Source: Geotalea uraniireducens Rf4 (GTDB taxonomy: Bacteria > Desulfobacterota > Desulfuromonadia > Geobacterales > Geobacteraceae). From it: a DNA stretch of 32,000 nucleotides. Below are positions 1-12,700 of this stretch, piece after piece; within the stretch, counting starts at the first letter, position 1; each line of letters starts with the position of its first letter. The position numbers and the translations under genes are program-made. The notes under the pieces are model-generated. The model made no database searches and was not told where the DNA came from. It worked only from the letters and a program-made list of their open reading frames with translations. The DNA lies in NCBI RefSeq assembly GCF_000016745.1, contig NC_009483.1:3480001-3512000 (forward strand), written 5' to 3'.

Positions 1-596
1 CCCAGTCGGCCGGTTTCAAAACCGCAGCTCTTTCCATCCCATCAAATGATCCTGATCAACCCTCTCTGGCTCTTCCTTTGAGCGGTACAGCCGGCATGAG
101 CTACACCCTGACAACAGCTAAAGCCGGCTCGGGGACCATTACCAGTGCTCCGGCCGGCATCAGCTGCGGTGGAGACTGCACTGAACTGTATCCTCAAGGT
201 GCGGCAGTAACGCTGACAGCCTTGCCAGACCCGGGTTGGGTCTTTGCCGGCTGGTCCGGGAGCGGCTGCAGCAACGGGCCCTGCGTGGTGACATTAAATG
301 GCGATTTCAGCATCACGGCGCTCTTCAGTCTTCTGCAGCCGGTCAAACTTTCTTCTGTTTCAGGATCAGGTTATCCCACCATTCAATCCGCCTATGATGC
401 CGCAGCGCAGGTGGACGCCATACAAATCCTCGCACAAACCTTCACTGAAAATATCTTCCTGAACCGGCCGGTCTCGGTTATCCTGACTGGTGGCTACGAC
501 AGCACCTATACCAGTCCCCAGGGGCTTACCACCATTAATGGCACGATGACCATCAGCGACGGTACGGTAACGGTCGCAAATCTGGTTATACTGTAA
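1..596 (+). CDS. 3' end of a larger secreted/surface repeat protein; the 5' end lies upstream of the window
   Basis: Frame 3 is open from base 3 (QSAGFKTAALSIPSNDPDQPSLALPLSGTAG...), so the TTG at 78 in the ORF track is probably not the true start. The segment SAPAGISCGGDCTELYPQGAAVTLTALPDPGWVFAGWSGSGCSNGPCVVTL resembles the Cys-containing bacterial repeat (divergent InlB B-repeat type) seen in large surface proteins. The TAA stop is at 594-596. Confidence 0.6.
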   Translation, partial: QSAGFKTAALSIPSNDPDQPSLALPLSGTAGMSYTLTTAKAGSGTITSAPAGISCGGDCTELYPQGAAVTLTALPDPGWVFAGWSGSGCSNGPCVVTLNGDFSITALFSLLQPVKLSSVSGSGYPTIQSAYDAAAQVDAIQILAQTFTENIFLNRPVSVILTGGYDSTYTSPQGLTTINGTMTISDGTVTVANLVIL

Positions 597-676
597 CGGT
601 TGACCCCATTCCTGCCTGAAGCAAAGTCCCCTGCCCAGCAAAATTTCCGGGAGTAACAGCGTTATTCAACTTAAAT

Positions 677-708
677 AAAGCCCGGCCGGGATAACCCGGC
701 CGGGCTTT
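677..708. terminator. Bidirectional rho-independent terminator between convergent genes
   Basis: Perfect 14-bp stem AAAGCCCGGCCGGG / CCCGGCCGGGCTTT with loop ATAA. T-rich tails follow on both strands (CTTTATTGAG on plus, TTTATTTAAGTT on minus). It sits 81 nt after the plus-strand stop (596) and 32 nt after the minus-strand stop (740). Confidence 0.7.
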
Positions 709-739
709 ATTGAGAAGCAACTGTTGCATTATAGAACGA

Positions 740-3700
740 CTAACGCTGCAAGGTGTAAATCGTTCCAATACTTCCGTTTCTTGCAGCCGTTCCGCCGTTT
801 CCGCTTATGCCACCCGAAACTTTGATATTCTCTGGAGCAAAACTGCTCATTCCGTAATAAATCGCGATCCGACCGCCGCCGCCGGCGCCATAGTTCGTAT
901 TGGCTGTGGCTGCACCGCCACGGGCGCTGATCGTCCCGCTGCCTGTCAGCGTCCCCACGTTGATCTGGATACTACCGCCACTTCCGCCACCGCTGACATA
1001 CGTGGTACCGCCATCGACCAGGATACTCCCCAACAGGCTCATCGTCCCGGCGCTTATCTTCACCAGACCTCCACCATTGCCACCAGCATTGCTGCTGCTT
1101 CCATTTCCGCCACCACCGCTTCCCAACTCGTTCGGCAACTGCGGATTCCCGTAACTGCCGTTCACATTGCCGCCCCACGCAGATATGCCGCCCAGACCGC
1201 CGTAACTGCCGCCGTTGGTATATACACTCCCACCGTCGGTCGTGTTCCCCAATGTCCGCCCGGTATTCGTGTTGTTCTCCCCCTGCCAGCCGCCCAGATA
1301 TCCCTTCCCGCTTACGTCGATCTTTGAAGTGGCGTCAACGGTAAAGTCGGTAACTGCGTCGATCTTTAACCGGTACGCAGTAGTAGTTGTTGTCGACGGT
1401 TGAGTTACCATACCTGCGTTCGTAACACTTAGTTGATCCGCATAAATCTCGCTTGCGGTAAGAACAGAGTTGTCCACAATAACGTCGGTAGCCACATTAT
1501 ACTGCTCAGTAGTATAAACTCGCGCCTTACCCAGTATCTGCAGTTGATTCAGGGCAAACACTCCGCTGAACGTATCCCCCACGGCCGCCATCTGGTTCAG
1601 GTTACCATCTGCAGAGTTAATATAGATGGTATCGGCAGTGTTGTCCTTAATCGTGAAGTAGACACTCTGGTTCACATTCGGATTGATTCTCAATCCTGCA
1701 AACGCACCGGCGGTCCAATTCGATCCGGACATGGTCAGACTGTCGGAGGTAATGATTGAAATGGCTCCACGCCCGATCAATTTCATCAGAGTAGAGTCGT
1801 CACGCGCATCTATCCCCCGGTTATCAACGATCAGGTCTCCAAGCGATTTCACATCATCCTTCAGGTAGATCGTCCCTGCTCCGCCGTTCCGCGCGGTGTT
1901 GCTGCCGTCACCGCCTTTTCCGCCAGAGGCGGTAATGTTGACCGTCGGGAAGGCATTAACCCCGTAATAAATCGCGATCCGACCACCACCGCCGGCGCCA
2001 TAGTTCGTATTGGCTGTGGCTGCACCGCCACGGGCGCTGATCGTCCCGCTGCCTGTCAGCGTCCCCACGTTGATCTGGATACTACCGCCACTTCCGCCAC
2101 CGCTGACATACGTGGTACCGCCATCGGCCAGGATACTCCCCAACAGGCTCATCGTCCCGGCGCTTATCTTCACCAGACCTCCACCATTGCCACCAGCATT
2201 GCTGCTGCTTCCATTTCCGCCACCACCGCTTCCCAATTCATTCGGCAACTGCGGATTCCCGTAACTGCCGTTCACATTGCCGCCCCATGCAGATATGCCG
2301 CCCAGACCGCCGTAACTGCCGCCGTTGGTATATACACTCCCACCGTCGGTCGTGTTCCCCAATGTCCGGCCGGTATTCGTGTTGTTCCCTCCCCGCCAGC
2401 CACCAAGATAACCCTTGCCGCTTACGTCGATCTTCGAGGTGGCGTCAACGGTAACTGAACCGGCCGTTACTTCCAGTTTCCATTGACTTGTCGTTGTGGC
2501 AACATAATGGGAAAGAACGCTCTGGTTCTTAAGTTCAAGCACGCCCGAAACGTTTACCGCTCCAGCTACTGTAACGACACTGTTGTCAATCGTTAGGTTA
2601 CCCGGCGCCTTAATCCCACCCGAAACCGTCAACTGGCTGCCGGCAATCACCATGTCCATACCAGGGTTCAGGTCTCCGTTCATAGATATAGCGGCACCAC
2701 CCCTGACGTCCACCAGGCCATAGTCACCGCCCGGCACCGTTGTCGTGTTGGACGTCAGTATCCCCCGGTTATCAACTATCAGGTCTCCAAGCGATTTTAC
2801 ATTATCCTTCAGGTAGATCGTCCCTGCTCCGCCGTTCCGCGCGGGGTTGCTGCCGTCACCACCTTTTCCGCCAGAGGCGGTAATGTTGGCCGTCGGGAAG
2901 GTATTAACCCCATAATAAATCGCGATCCGACCACCGCCGCCGGCGCCGTAGTTCGTATTGGCTGTGGCTGCACCTCCTCGGGCGCTGATCGTCCCGCTGC
3001 CTGTCAGCGTCCCCACGTTGATCTGGATACTACCGCCACTTCCGCCACCGCTGACATACGTGGTACCGCCATCGACCAGGATACTCCCTAAGAGGCTCAT
3101 CGTCCCGGCGCTTATTTTCACCAGACCGCCACCATTGCCACCGGCGTTGCTGCTTCCATTTCCGCCGCCACCACTTCCCAACTCGTCCGGCAACTGCGGA
3201 TTCCCGTAACTGCCGTTCACATTGCCGCTCCACGCAGATATCCCGCCCAGACCACCGAAACTGCCGCCGTTGTTATATACACTCCCACCGTCGGTCGTGT
3301 TCCCTAGTGTCCGGCCGGTATTGGTGTTATTCCCCCCCTGCCAGCCCCCCAGATACCCCTTGCCGCTCACGTCGATCTTCGACGTGGAGTCAATGGTGAC
3401 ATTTGTTGCGGTGATGTCTAGCATCTGCACAACAGCGGTCGTTGCCCCGGAATGGGTGAGCATGCTCTTATTCTGCATTACGATGTTGCCGGCGGCCTTC
3501 AACGAACCGTTAATGATGAGGGTGCTGTTGTCCATCAACAAATTCGGTATGGCAATAGAACCGTTGATGGTCATCTGGGTGTTGGTCAGGACTATGTCGC
3601 TCTCGGTAGTGAAGCTGCCGTTCATGGCGATGAGTGTTCCACCCTTTACATCAACAGTTCCGTAATCGCCGCCGGGGACCGGCGTAGCTACGCTGCTGAC

Positions 3701-6700
3701 AATAGCATTATTGCAGATAATCAGGTCTGCCTTATCCTTGCCGTTATTCTTCAGGTATATGGTCCCGGCCCCGCCGTTACGGGCACTGTTGCCTCCATTG
3801 CCGGACTGTCCGCCGGAGGCGATGATGTTGGCAACAGCGAGACTGATCGTGTCATAATAGACGGCGATCCGCCCGCCACCGCCAGCACCATAAGAACTGC
3901 TTCCACCGCGGGCATAGATGGCACCACTGCCGGTCAGCGTTGAAACGTCAATCAGTATGCCGCCGCCGCTGCCGCTGCCATAGGTTGCTGAAGCCCCGTC
4001 AGCAAGGATACTCCCGCTCAGGCTTAAGGTACCCGCCTTGATCCGGACAAGTCCGCCACCATTGCCGCCCGCATAGCTGGAGTTGGTAGGATAGCCGCTT
4101 CCGCCGCTTCCCGGCTCGTTGAGATTGGTCAAATCGCCGTATGCTCCGTTGACACTGCCGCTATAAATTCCGCCCAGACCGCCGTAACTGCCGCCGTTGT
4201 AATAGTCGCTGCTCGTTCCGCTCGTCATGTTCCCATGGGTCCGCGGCAAGCCGCCATTCAATCCTTGCCAGGCACCAAGATACCCCTTGCCGGTTACATC
4301 GATTTTGGACGCGGCATCGATGGTAATACTGGATGCAGCAATATCCAATTGCTCTGCCCCTGTGAGCCCCGTCTGCTCATGCGTCAACACGCTGCCACCA
4401 GTGAGTGACAGCGAATCCGCAGCCACCGGCCCGTCGAAGACGACGTAACTGCCTGTAATCGAGATCGTGCTGTACCGCCCTGCAGCCACCACGTATGGAG
4501 CAGTGCTTGTCCCCTGACCGGCCACTGAAACCGCCGTTACCGACTGGGTCGTGAAGTGCAGCACATAATCCGCGGTAAGCGGATTTCCTGCCATGTCGGT
4601 CACAGATGTGGATACGGTCAGCCGGTACGGCGTATCCCCGTCCAATGCCGTTGCCGGAGTAAAGCTAATGCTTTTCCGATCTGGAGAGAGCGTTACCGTC
4701 CCCCCAACCATCAGGTTCGTCCCATTGTCTGTCATCAAGGAAACCGAAGTGGCATTCACCGTTGACTGTGCAAGCACTTCATAGAACGATACCGTAAAGC
4801 TTTCCGTTGCCGCCACGTTCACGGCGTGGTCCGCGATGGATGCACCGGCCACCGTCGGCGCAACGATATCCGACACTGTCAGGTTGATGCTGGATGAACC
4901 GATATGTCCGGCAGCATCAACAGCACTGCAGGTAAGGGTGACGGTTGCATAGGATGCGGCATTCGCTGTCACATTGAAGGCAAAATCCTGCGATACCGCC
5001 GTCTGTAGCGAGCCGAACGGCAGGGTCATCATTCCCGAAGCCGCGCCGGAAGCGGTGCAGATCAAGCTGCTCACACCCGGATCGTGGTTGACGGTAACGG
5101 TTGCGTTCCCTGCGTCACCCGGTCTGTATTTCGTTGTCTGGCCAGGACTGGCAAGAGTGACCGTTGGTAACGCGTTATAGTGAGACCGTATTTCCTCTGG
5201 AGACAAGGCGCGCTTGTAGATGGCGACCTCGTCCATAAGGCCGTTGAAATATCGACCTGTCGTGGGCTCAAAGCCCAAATTGAGAGGAGAGGTGCCGGCC
5301 TTCAGCACGGTTATCGATGAAACTTTCGAAGCGACTTCAACGCCGTTCACGTAAAGCTTCACCGCCCCGGCATCGAACGTCGCTGCCACATGATGCCATT
5401 TGCCCTGGGTAATTGGCGCGTTTGTCGAAACTGTGTAATCGATTGCACCTCCGTTTCCGCTGATATCGAAGCTGATTTGCCCTGATGGCACCAAGCCGAT
5501 TCGATACGTAGAGTCGCCATAGGTTCCAAACTTATCAATGATCTGCTGGTACGTACTGACGTTATTGGGTTTTATCCATGCTTCCAGCGTCATCGCAGTG
5601 GTTACATCCAGGCTGGCGCTGTCGGAAATGGAGACGTAGTCGTTAGATCCGTCAAATATCGCCGCTGCCGCTCCCTCGATCAACTCGGCAGAGAACACGG
5701 CGCCATTACCAGTAGCATGGTTCCCGTTCCCGGAATAATCCAGCCAGTTTCCGTCCAGATGCCAGAGTCCCACGATGTCCGGATCGCGCTGGTTGGCCGG
5801 GAGGAGGTCCACCGAAATGGTGACCGGATCGCTGGCATTCCCCGCCATGTCCCGGCTGGTGATGTCGAGGATGTTCTGCCCTGGTTGCAGGGAGTAGATC
5901 GTTTGCCAGGTGGTTGATGCATCGTGGCCGACCACCTCCCTGCCGTTTACCCTGACGGACGCGTCCGCTTCCTTGGTTCCAGTAAGGATGATGTTGTTGT
6001 TGAATGTGGGTGACTCTACAGCATTGACTGTCGGCGGTGCAGGAGGCAGACGGTCGCTTGTCAGTGCAGCATGGTAATGTTCGAATATGTCTTCGGCAGG
6101 AAGGGCCTGTTTGTAAACGGCCACTTCATCGATCAACCCTTTGAAGTATCTCCATGTCTGCCAATCGTCCCAGCCGATATACAACGGATTTGTGCCGGCT
6201 GTGTATAGATTGCCGTTATAGGCGACCGTACTTCTCACTACGCCGTCAACATAGAGCTTTATGCTGAAACCGTCGTAAGTTCCCGCATAGTGGTGCCACT
6301 GGGTCGGATCGAGATCGGGATCATTGACTGCGGCATACTGCGATCCTGCGTAGAACCTAAGCTCCTTCGACCCTTCCACCGGACGCAAAGTGTATGCCCC
6401 GTATTTACTCGCAATTGAGCCTGAGCCCCACATGGGCGTTGCGCTCTTCGCCCATGCCTCCACCGTAATCGCAGTCGGATTCAGGCTGGAAGAATTATTC
6501 ACCTTGATATAATCGTTCGCACCGTCAAAGCTCCCCGCCATGGCGCCACCGGCATGGTCGGAGGCAAATGCGGCACCACCGCTGGCCGTCCCATGATTCC
6601 CGTTGCCGGAGGAATCGCTCCAGTCGCCATCCATGGTCCAGAGGCCGACCAGGTCCGAGCTGGGACTCTGGGTCAGGAAGGCCCCCGTGTAATTTACTGC

Positions 6701-9700
6701 AGTGAGATTGCCGGAAATATCCGCAATGCTCGCCTTGAAGGTGATCGTGTAGTCTCGGCTGAAGCTGAGCTGCCCCAGAGGTTTGAAGATGGCGCTCGAA
6801 TTGTCCGCAGAGAGCCCCACAGTGCCCGCCACCGGGCCGAATGCAGAGGAGAGGGAGATACTGTCGCTCTTCACGGAAGCCGGATCGATGGCCTCGCTGA
6901 AGGTGAAGGCGATGGCAGAGCCGACCGGGACGTTCTGCGAACCGCTTGCCGGGCTGATGGTCTTGAGGGACGGCGCGGTATTGTCGGTGGTGAAGAAGAC
7001 ATCGTACGGTGCGGCCAGGGAATTGCCGGCGGCGTCGGTAATGGCCGCAGTAACGGTCAGGGTGTAGGCTGCGCCGCGGGCAAGTGCGCTTGTCGGTTTG
7101 AAGGTGATCCCCTTCCGGTCGGCGGCAATGGTGACGCTTCCCGGCACGGGCTGCCCCGCCGTGTCGGTCAGAACAACTGAGGAAGCGGTAACAGAAGACG
7201 TCGCAAGCGCCTCGCTGAACGAGACCGAGATCGACGAGCCTACCGGCACGTCGGTAGCGTTGTTGGCAACGGACGCACCCGTAACCTGCGGCGGAATCAC
7301 GTCAGCCACCGCAAGGGTTATGGATCTTGTTGCCAGGTAGCCGGCTGCATCAAAGGCAGTGCAGGAGATAGTAGTCGTCGCGTTGGAGGCCGCGTTGACC
7401 GGAACGGTGAAGCTGAACTCCTGGCTGACACTGCTCTGCGGCGAGGGCAGGGCAAAGTCCCGGTTTTCCGTGACCGCACCGCTGGCGCTGCAAGCGATAC
7501 GGGTGACGCCGACATTGTCCGTAGCATCGAAGGTGGCCGTGCCGGTATCGCCCGGCCGGTACTTGACCGTCTGGCCGGTGCTTACGAGAGAAACCGCCAC
7601 CGGGGCGATGCCGTCATGCACAGTTAAAGTCCGCAGGGCAGCCTGGCTCGAATTTCCCGCCGAGTCCTTGGCAATGGCGGTCAGAACGATATTTCCCCCT
7701 TGGGTGATGGTGGTGGGCGCCGTAAAATTGAATGTAGTAGAAACGTTTTTGCCCGAGAGATTGGTTTTTGTCTGGGTAGCCATGACCTCTCCGGCAACTG
7801 TCAGGGCAATCTCTTTCACGGTCAGATCGTCACTACCCTGGACGGTAACACTGAAGCCAGCGCCGGTATTGACACTGCTTCCTTCAGCTGGAGCGGTAAA
7901 CGCCACCGTCGGCGGCTGGTCCGCCGCAACGGTCAGATCTAGAGATACCGGAAGCCAACGGTTCCCCACCCGGTCCTGGGCCACGGCCTTCACCTGCACA
8001 GCCCCTTCCTTTGAAAGCAAGAGGTTCATGCTGTAAGGAGCCGTGGTGTCGGTGGCCGTCAACATGCCGTCCACGTAGAAATCGACGAATGCCACGTCCG
8101 TGCCCGGGGAAACGGCAGTGACAGCCACCGTGTTGCCCCGGATCAGGTCGGCGTTGGCCGGGACGGTGAGGGAGCTGATGGTCGGCGCGATGGTGTCGAT
8201 GGTGTTGAATGAGGAGAGGAAGGTCCCCTGCTGGATATTTCCGACCATGTCGCGGGCATTGGATACGGAAACTGTATAATTCCCGTTTGCGACAAGCGGA
8301 TTGAGCGGTGTAAGGACCGCCACGGTTCCCCCCTGGATCAGGTCAAGCTGCGCGGCAACCGGGATATTCCCCTGCAGGAGCTTGATCCCGGAGACATTGG
8401 CGGGATCGATGGTTTCACTGAAGGTGACCCGTACCACCCCGTCGGTTGCCACCTCGATCGTCCCGTTGGAGGGGGAGACCGATTTCACACTCGGCGGGGT
8501 ATTGTCAACAGTGGAAAATGTGCTGGTAAAGGTCTGCGGCAAGGGTCTCTCGACCCGGTCCTGGATTCCGGTGGTAACGACAACGGTATAGAGAGTAAAA
8601 CCGGTCAATGGCGCCGACGGGGTGAAGGTGACCCCTTTATTGTCCTGATCAAGCACCAGTGAGCCGGTGATGCGGCTCGTTCCTTGCTGGATGTAAACTG
8701 TAGAAGAATTGACAGTGAGCGGATTGGCCGGCTCGGAAAAAAGGATTTTAATGGCCTGGCTGACCGGAATGTCAACAGCTCCGCTGACAGGATCCACCGC
8801 AATGACGGTAATCGGCTTGTCATCGAGGATGATGGTACCAACCGCTACGACTTCTCCATTAGAAACGATATTCCCCAAGGCGTAACCGATCGCAAGACCG
8901 GATGCATCTTCTATGGAGAGCTTGAAAGAGCAGAGCGGAATATTATTGAAACCGAACTGGCCGTTCGTATCGATGACCGCGATAAATGTTCTGCCGCCGC
9001 CGGTGAATTTCACCACTCCGCCACGGGCTGGAGTAATGCCGTCAGCCATGACAACCGTGCCGGTGACGGAACCGACGGAACCAAAGGTGAGATTGATGTC
9101 GACTATCTGGCCTTCGTTGTCCAGGGTCCCGGAAGCTGAAGCAGCGGTAAGCCGTTGCGGATGGCTGGCGCGAAGAGTAAATGAGGAAGCCGGAACGTCG
9201 GCAAAGCGGTAGCTGCCGGTTGAATCGGTATAAGCGTCGGCGGAAGTCGTGTTGGTCTGAATGGTCACCCTCGCCCCCTCAAGAGGAGCAGTGGTGTTCG
9301 TATCGAAGACAATCCCTTCGACAACGCCTATGCCGCGCAAGGTAATATCCGCCCGAGCGATCTCACCGTCACCGGTGATGGTAGTTATGGTCTTTCCGAC
9401 CCGATTGGCGCCGTTTTCATTGGCACGGATCGAATAGGATTTGCCGGCTGCAAGGTTCAGGAAGCGGAAAGCACCGGTTGCCGGATCGACCTGGGTGGTA
9501 ACGCCGCTCTCCTCCAAGGTCACGGTGGCGCTCCCTGCCGGAGTGGTGCGGTCCGGCATCAGCACACTTCCTTCGATGGAGCCGGTCGGAGCTATGTGCA
9601 GTTCGGTCTGGGCAATTTCACTTTCATAGCTGATGGCGCCGGTGGCCTGGCCGTGCAGACGGGTTAACGGTTCGGTTGCATCCAGATTGAACCGACCGGC

Positions 9701-12700
9701 CGGCACCCCGGCAAAAAGGAAGCTCCCATCCGGACTGGTTGATGTTTCATTGGAATAGCTGCTGACGCCGTTTACCCATATTCTCACATTTGCATTGGAG
9801 ACCGGTGCGGTCCCTGAATAGTTCAATACCCTTCCCTTGACCACGCCGATGGGGGTGACAGCCACGTTGGCAATCACGGTTTCTCCATCTGAGGTCAATT
9901 TACCGCCGCCGACCCCTCGCCGTTCGCTGATCGGATCAAAACCCTCCAGGGTGAAGTCCCCGAGCGGCACAAAATCCAAACGGAACTGTCCGGCAGTGGC
10001 TGCCTCGGTGGAGGTAAACGCATAGGCGACCACTTGCTTTCCACTGTTGAGAAGTTTTATCTGCCCCCCCTGAATCGGCGTAACCCCGTCCGACTTGAAA
10101 AAGGTGCCGCTAAAGCTGCCGGAGGGGGCCAGCCTGACGTCGACATTGACTGCGGCATGGTCAAGCGGGATGTTTCCTTCGGCCCTCCCGCCGCGGTTTG
10201 AGCTTCCCATGGCAGAAATGGCATAGCGCCCTTCTGTGAGATTCTCGAAAGTTATCGTGCCATTCGGACCGGTGACCCCGTTGGCAAGGTCATTGGGAAA
10301 ATCACTCCCCTTTAAACTGATAGCGGTATTGGGCGCAATGGTATTGTCTGCATTGAGCGCACGCACAGTCATGGAACCACGCCCGAGTAAACGTATGGTG
10401 ACAGCAACGTCACGTCCCGCAGGGACGGAAACATACCCCTTCCCCTTGAGAGTGGTAACCAGATCTTCGACCAGGACACTGTAATTCCCCGCCGGAATAA
10501 CCGGCCTGAACTGGAATTTACCTTCCGCGTTCGTGGTGACGACCACATCAGCGCCGCCGAAAGTTACCGCAACCGTAATATCCGCCCCCGCCGGCGTGCC
10601 ATTGGGCAAGAGCACCTGGCCGGATATGGAGCCGAAGGTGTCTTTCAGTACCAGGTCCGCAGTTGCTGTCTCATTGTTGGCGGTTAAAGTGCCTCTTTTG
10701 GAAACAAGGGTGGGGCGGAGAACATTGAACGCACTGACCGTAAAATCACCCACATAGACATTGGTAAAGGTGTACCTGCCGCTCTGGGGATCGCTCTTCA
10801 CATTTGCCGAGCGATCATAGCGGAGCCAGCCGAGACCATCGGGCCGCATGGAGGAGAGCGCCACATCCGCCCCCACCGGGATCATGCCGGAGCCTTCATC
10901 GTAAATGGTGCCGGTAACGCTCCCCATGCCGACCGGATGGAGATCGACGGTTCTGGTCTGGGTGTCGTACCAGAGGGTGGTGCTGGCATTGGCAATCTCC
11001 CGGCCGTTGACCACTGTAAGATAATGGGTTTGCATCGGCAAAGCGGGAATGACGTATTTCCCTTCTCCGTCCGCCTTGTATGCAAAATATGTGTTGCTGA
11101 ACAAATTCACCAGCCGCACCGTGGCATGGGGAAAGACGCTGCCGTCCAGGCGATAGACGGTCCCCTGGATGGTCCCGGTAAAAAAGGATTTTGCCGGGAC
11201 AAACAGGTAGGCATTGGCAGTATCGCCGGCGGTCAGCAGGCTTACGCTGAGTGAAACAAGTGTCTGATTGAAGTCCCGCGGATTGGTTACCCTCAGGGAG
11301 ACCGTACCGAGCGGGACCCCGCTGATGGTGAAATTACCCTGCGTGTCGGTCTGCACGATCCTGGTTGTACCATCCACGTCTGCTATTACATGGAGACCGG
11401 CCACCGACTGGCCGTCCTCCCGTTCGACTTTCCCGGTAACCGTACCGGTCCCTTTCAGGATAATGTTGAAAACAGATGTGCCCCCTTCCAGCACCGTACC
11501 ACTGGCGGAGGTTCTTTCACCGCTGGCGTCGTCCTTCACGTCGATCCGCAGTTTGCCGGCAAAAATGCCGTTGAAGGCATAGCTGCCGTCTGAGCCGCTC
11601 CTCATCCAGTTGCTGTATCTGACTCCGCTACCTTCAAAAATCTGGGCGACAACTATGACACCCGCCCGGGGGGTACCGTCTGAACCGAGCACCTTGCCGG
11701 CAATATTGCCCCGTTTTGCATCCGAAAGCCGATAGATGGTGATGTCCTGTGTAATGCTGCCGCCGTTATCGGGGAGGGTCCCCATGATGCTCCCCTCGGC
11801 AAAGAGGGATTGGCTGACCGCCTTCAAAGTGAAGGCGCCGACCCGCACGTTGGCGAAAGAAAAAGCGCCGACAGCATCGGAAACGGCTAAATACGACCGG
11901 TCACCGCTCAAGGTAGTTATCAGCACCTGGGCACTTGCCACCGCCTGGCCTGCGGCATCGCGCACCACCCCGGAGACGCTGCCGCGCGCCTTCATGAAAA
12001 GATCAAGATTGAGCTTCTGTTCATTGAAAACTACGGAGGTGATGATATTGGCCCCATCAGACGTCTGCGGATCAACCGCCTCGACTTGGAACGGCCCGGA
12101 CGGATCGTCATTTTGCAAAACATAGTCGAACTGGTAACGACCGTTGGCATCGGCCGGCTTTTCACTGATGATGAAGTATTTCTGGAGGCGCTCATAGTCT
12201 TGTTCAACCCACTGCAGCTGCATAAGCCGGACAACAGCGCCGGGTATCGTCTCACCGCTCGCTTTCCGCACGGAGCCGTTTACCAGAGCGGCAGGTCCCT
12301 TGGCGGTGGTGCGGATCGGCATGGTGACCGGAGTAAGCTGGTTCTGTTTCAGGTCCGTGATGCCGGAAACAGTGATTTTCCGCTCGACAAACGGACCGAT
12401 GCCGTCCCGAAGGAGGATAAAGGCCATTCTGCCGCTAGGCTGGAGGTAAGAAATGCGTGCCGCGTTCTCATCGACGCTGTAATTGGCCAGATTTTGGGCG
12501 CTCACCTTGGTGACCTTTTCGGAAAAAAGGATCGCCACGGTGCGGCCATGCTTGTCGCCACCGGGGCCGAAACCGGGGACAATCTGGGTGACAGCCACCA
12601 CCTCGGGGGCCTGGTCAGGAATGACAAGGGTGGCAGCGGGGGCAATAATAGTCTCAGGGACGCCGTCGCCATTGGTATCGATTTGCAGGGAAAAATCGCT

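Noticed and set aside
900-3209. Three near-identical Pro-rich 83-84-aa plus-strand ORFs (900-1154, 2010-2264, 2958-3209) and the matching minus-strand out-of-frame ORFs (972-1178, 3030-3233).
   Set aside because: Their repetition simply mirrors the near-identical coding repeats of the giant gene on the opposite strand or in another frame. They are not independent genes.
740-4330. Possibility that the periodic repeats are a CRISPR array or a non-coding satellite.
   Set aside because: The units are 500-650 nt, lie in frame within one continuous ORF and encode ordered protein motifs. There is no short repeat/spacer structure.
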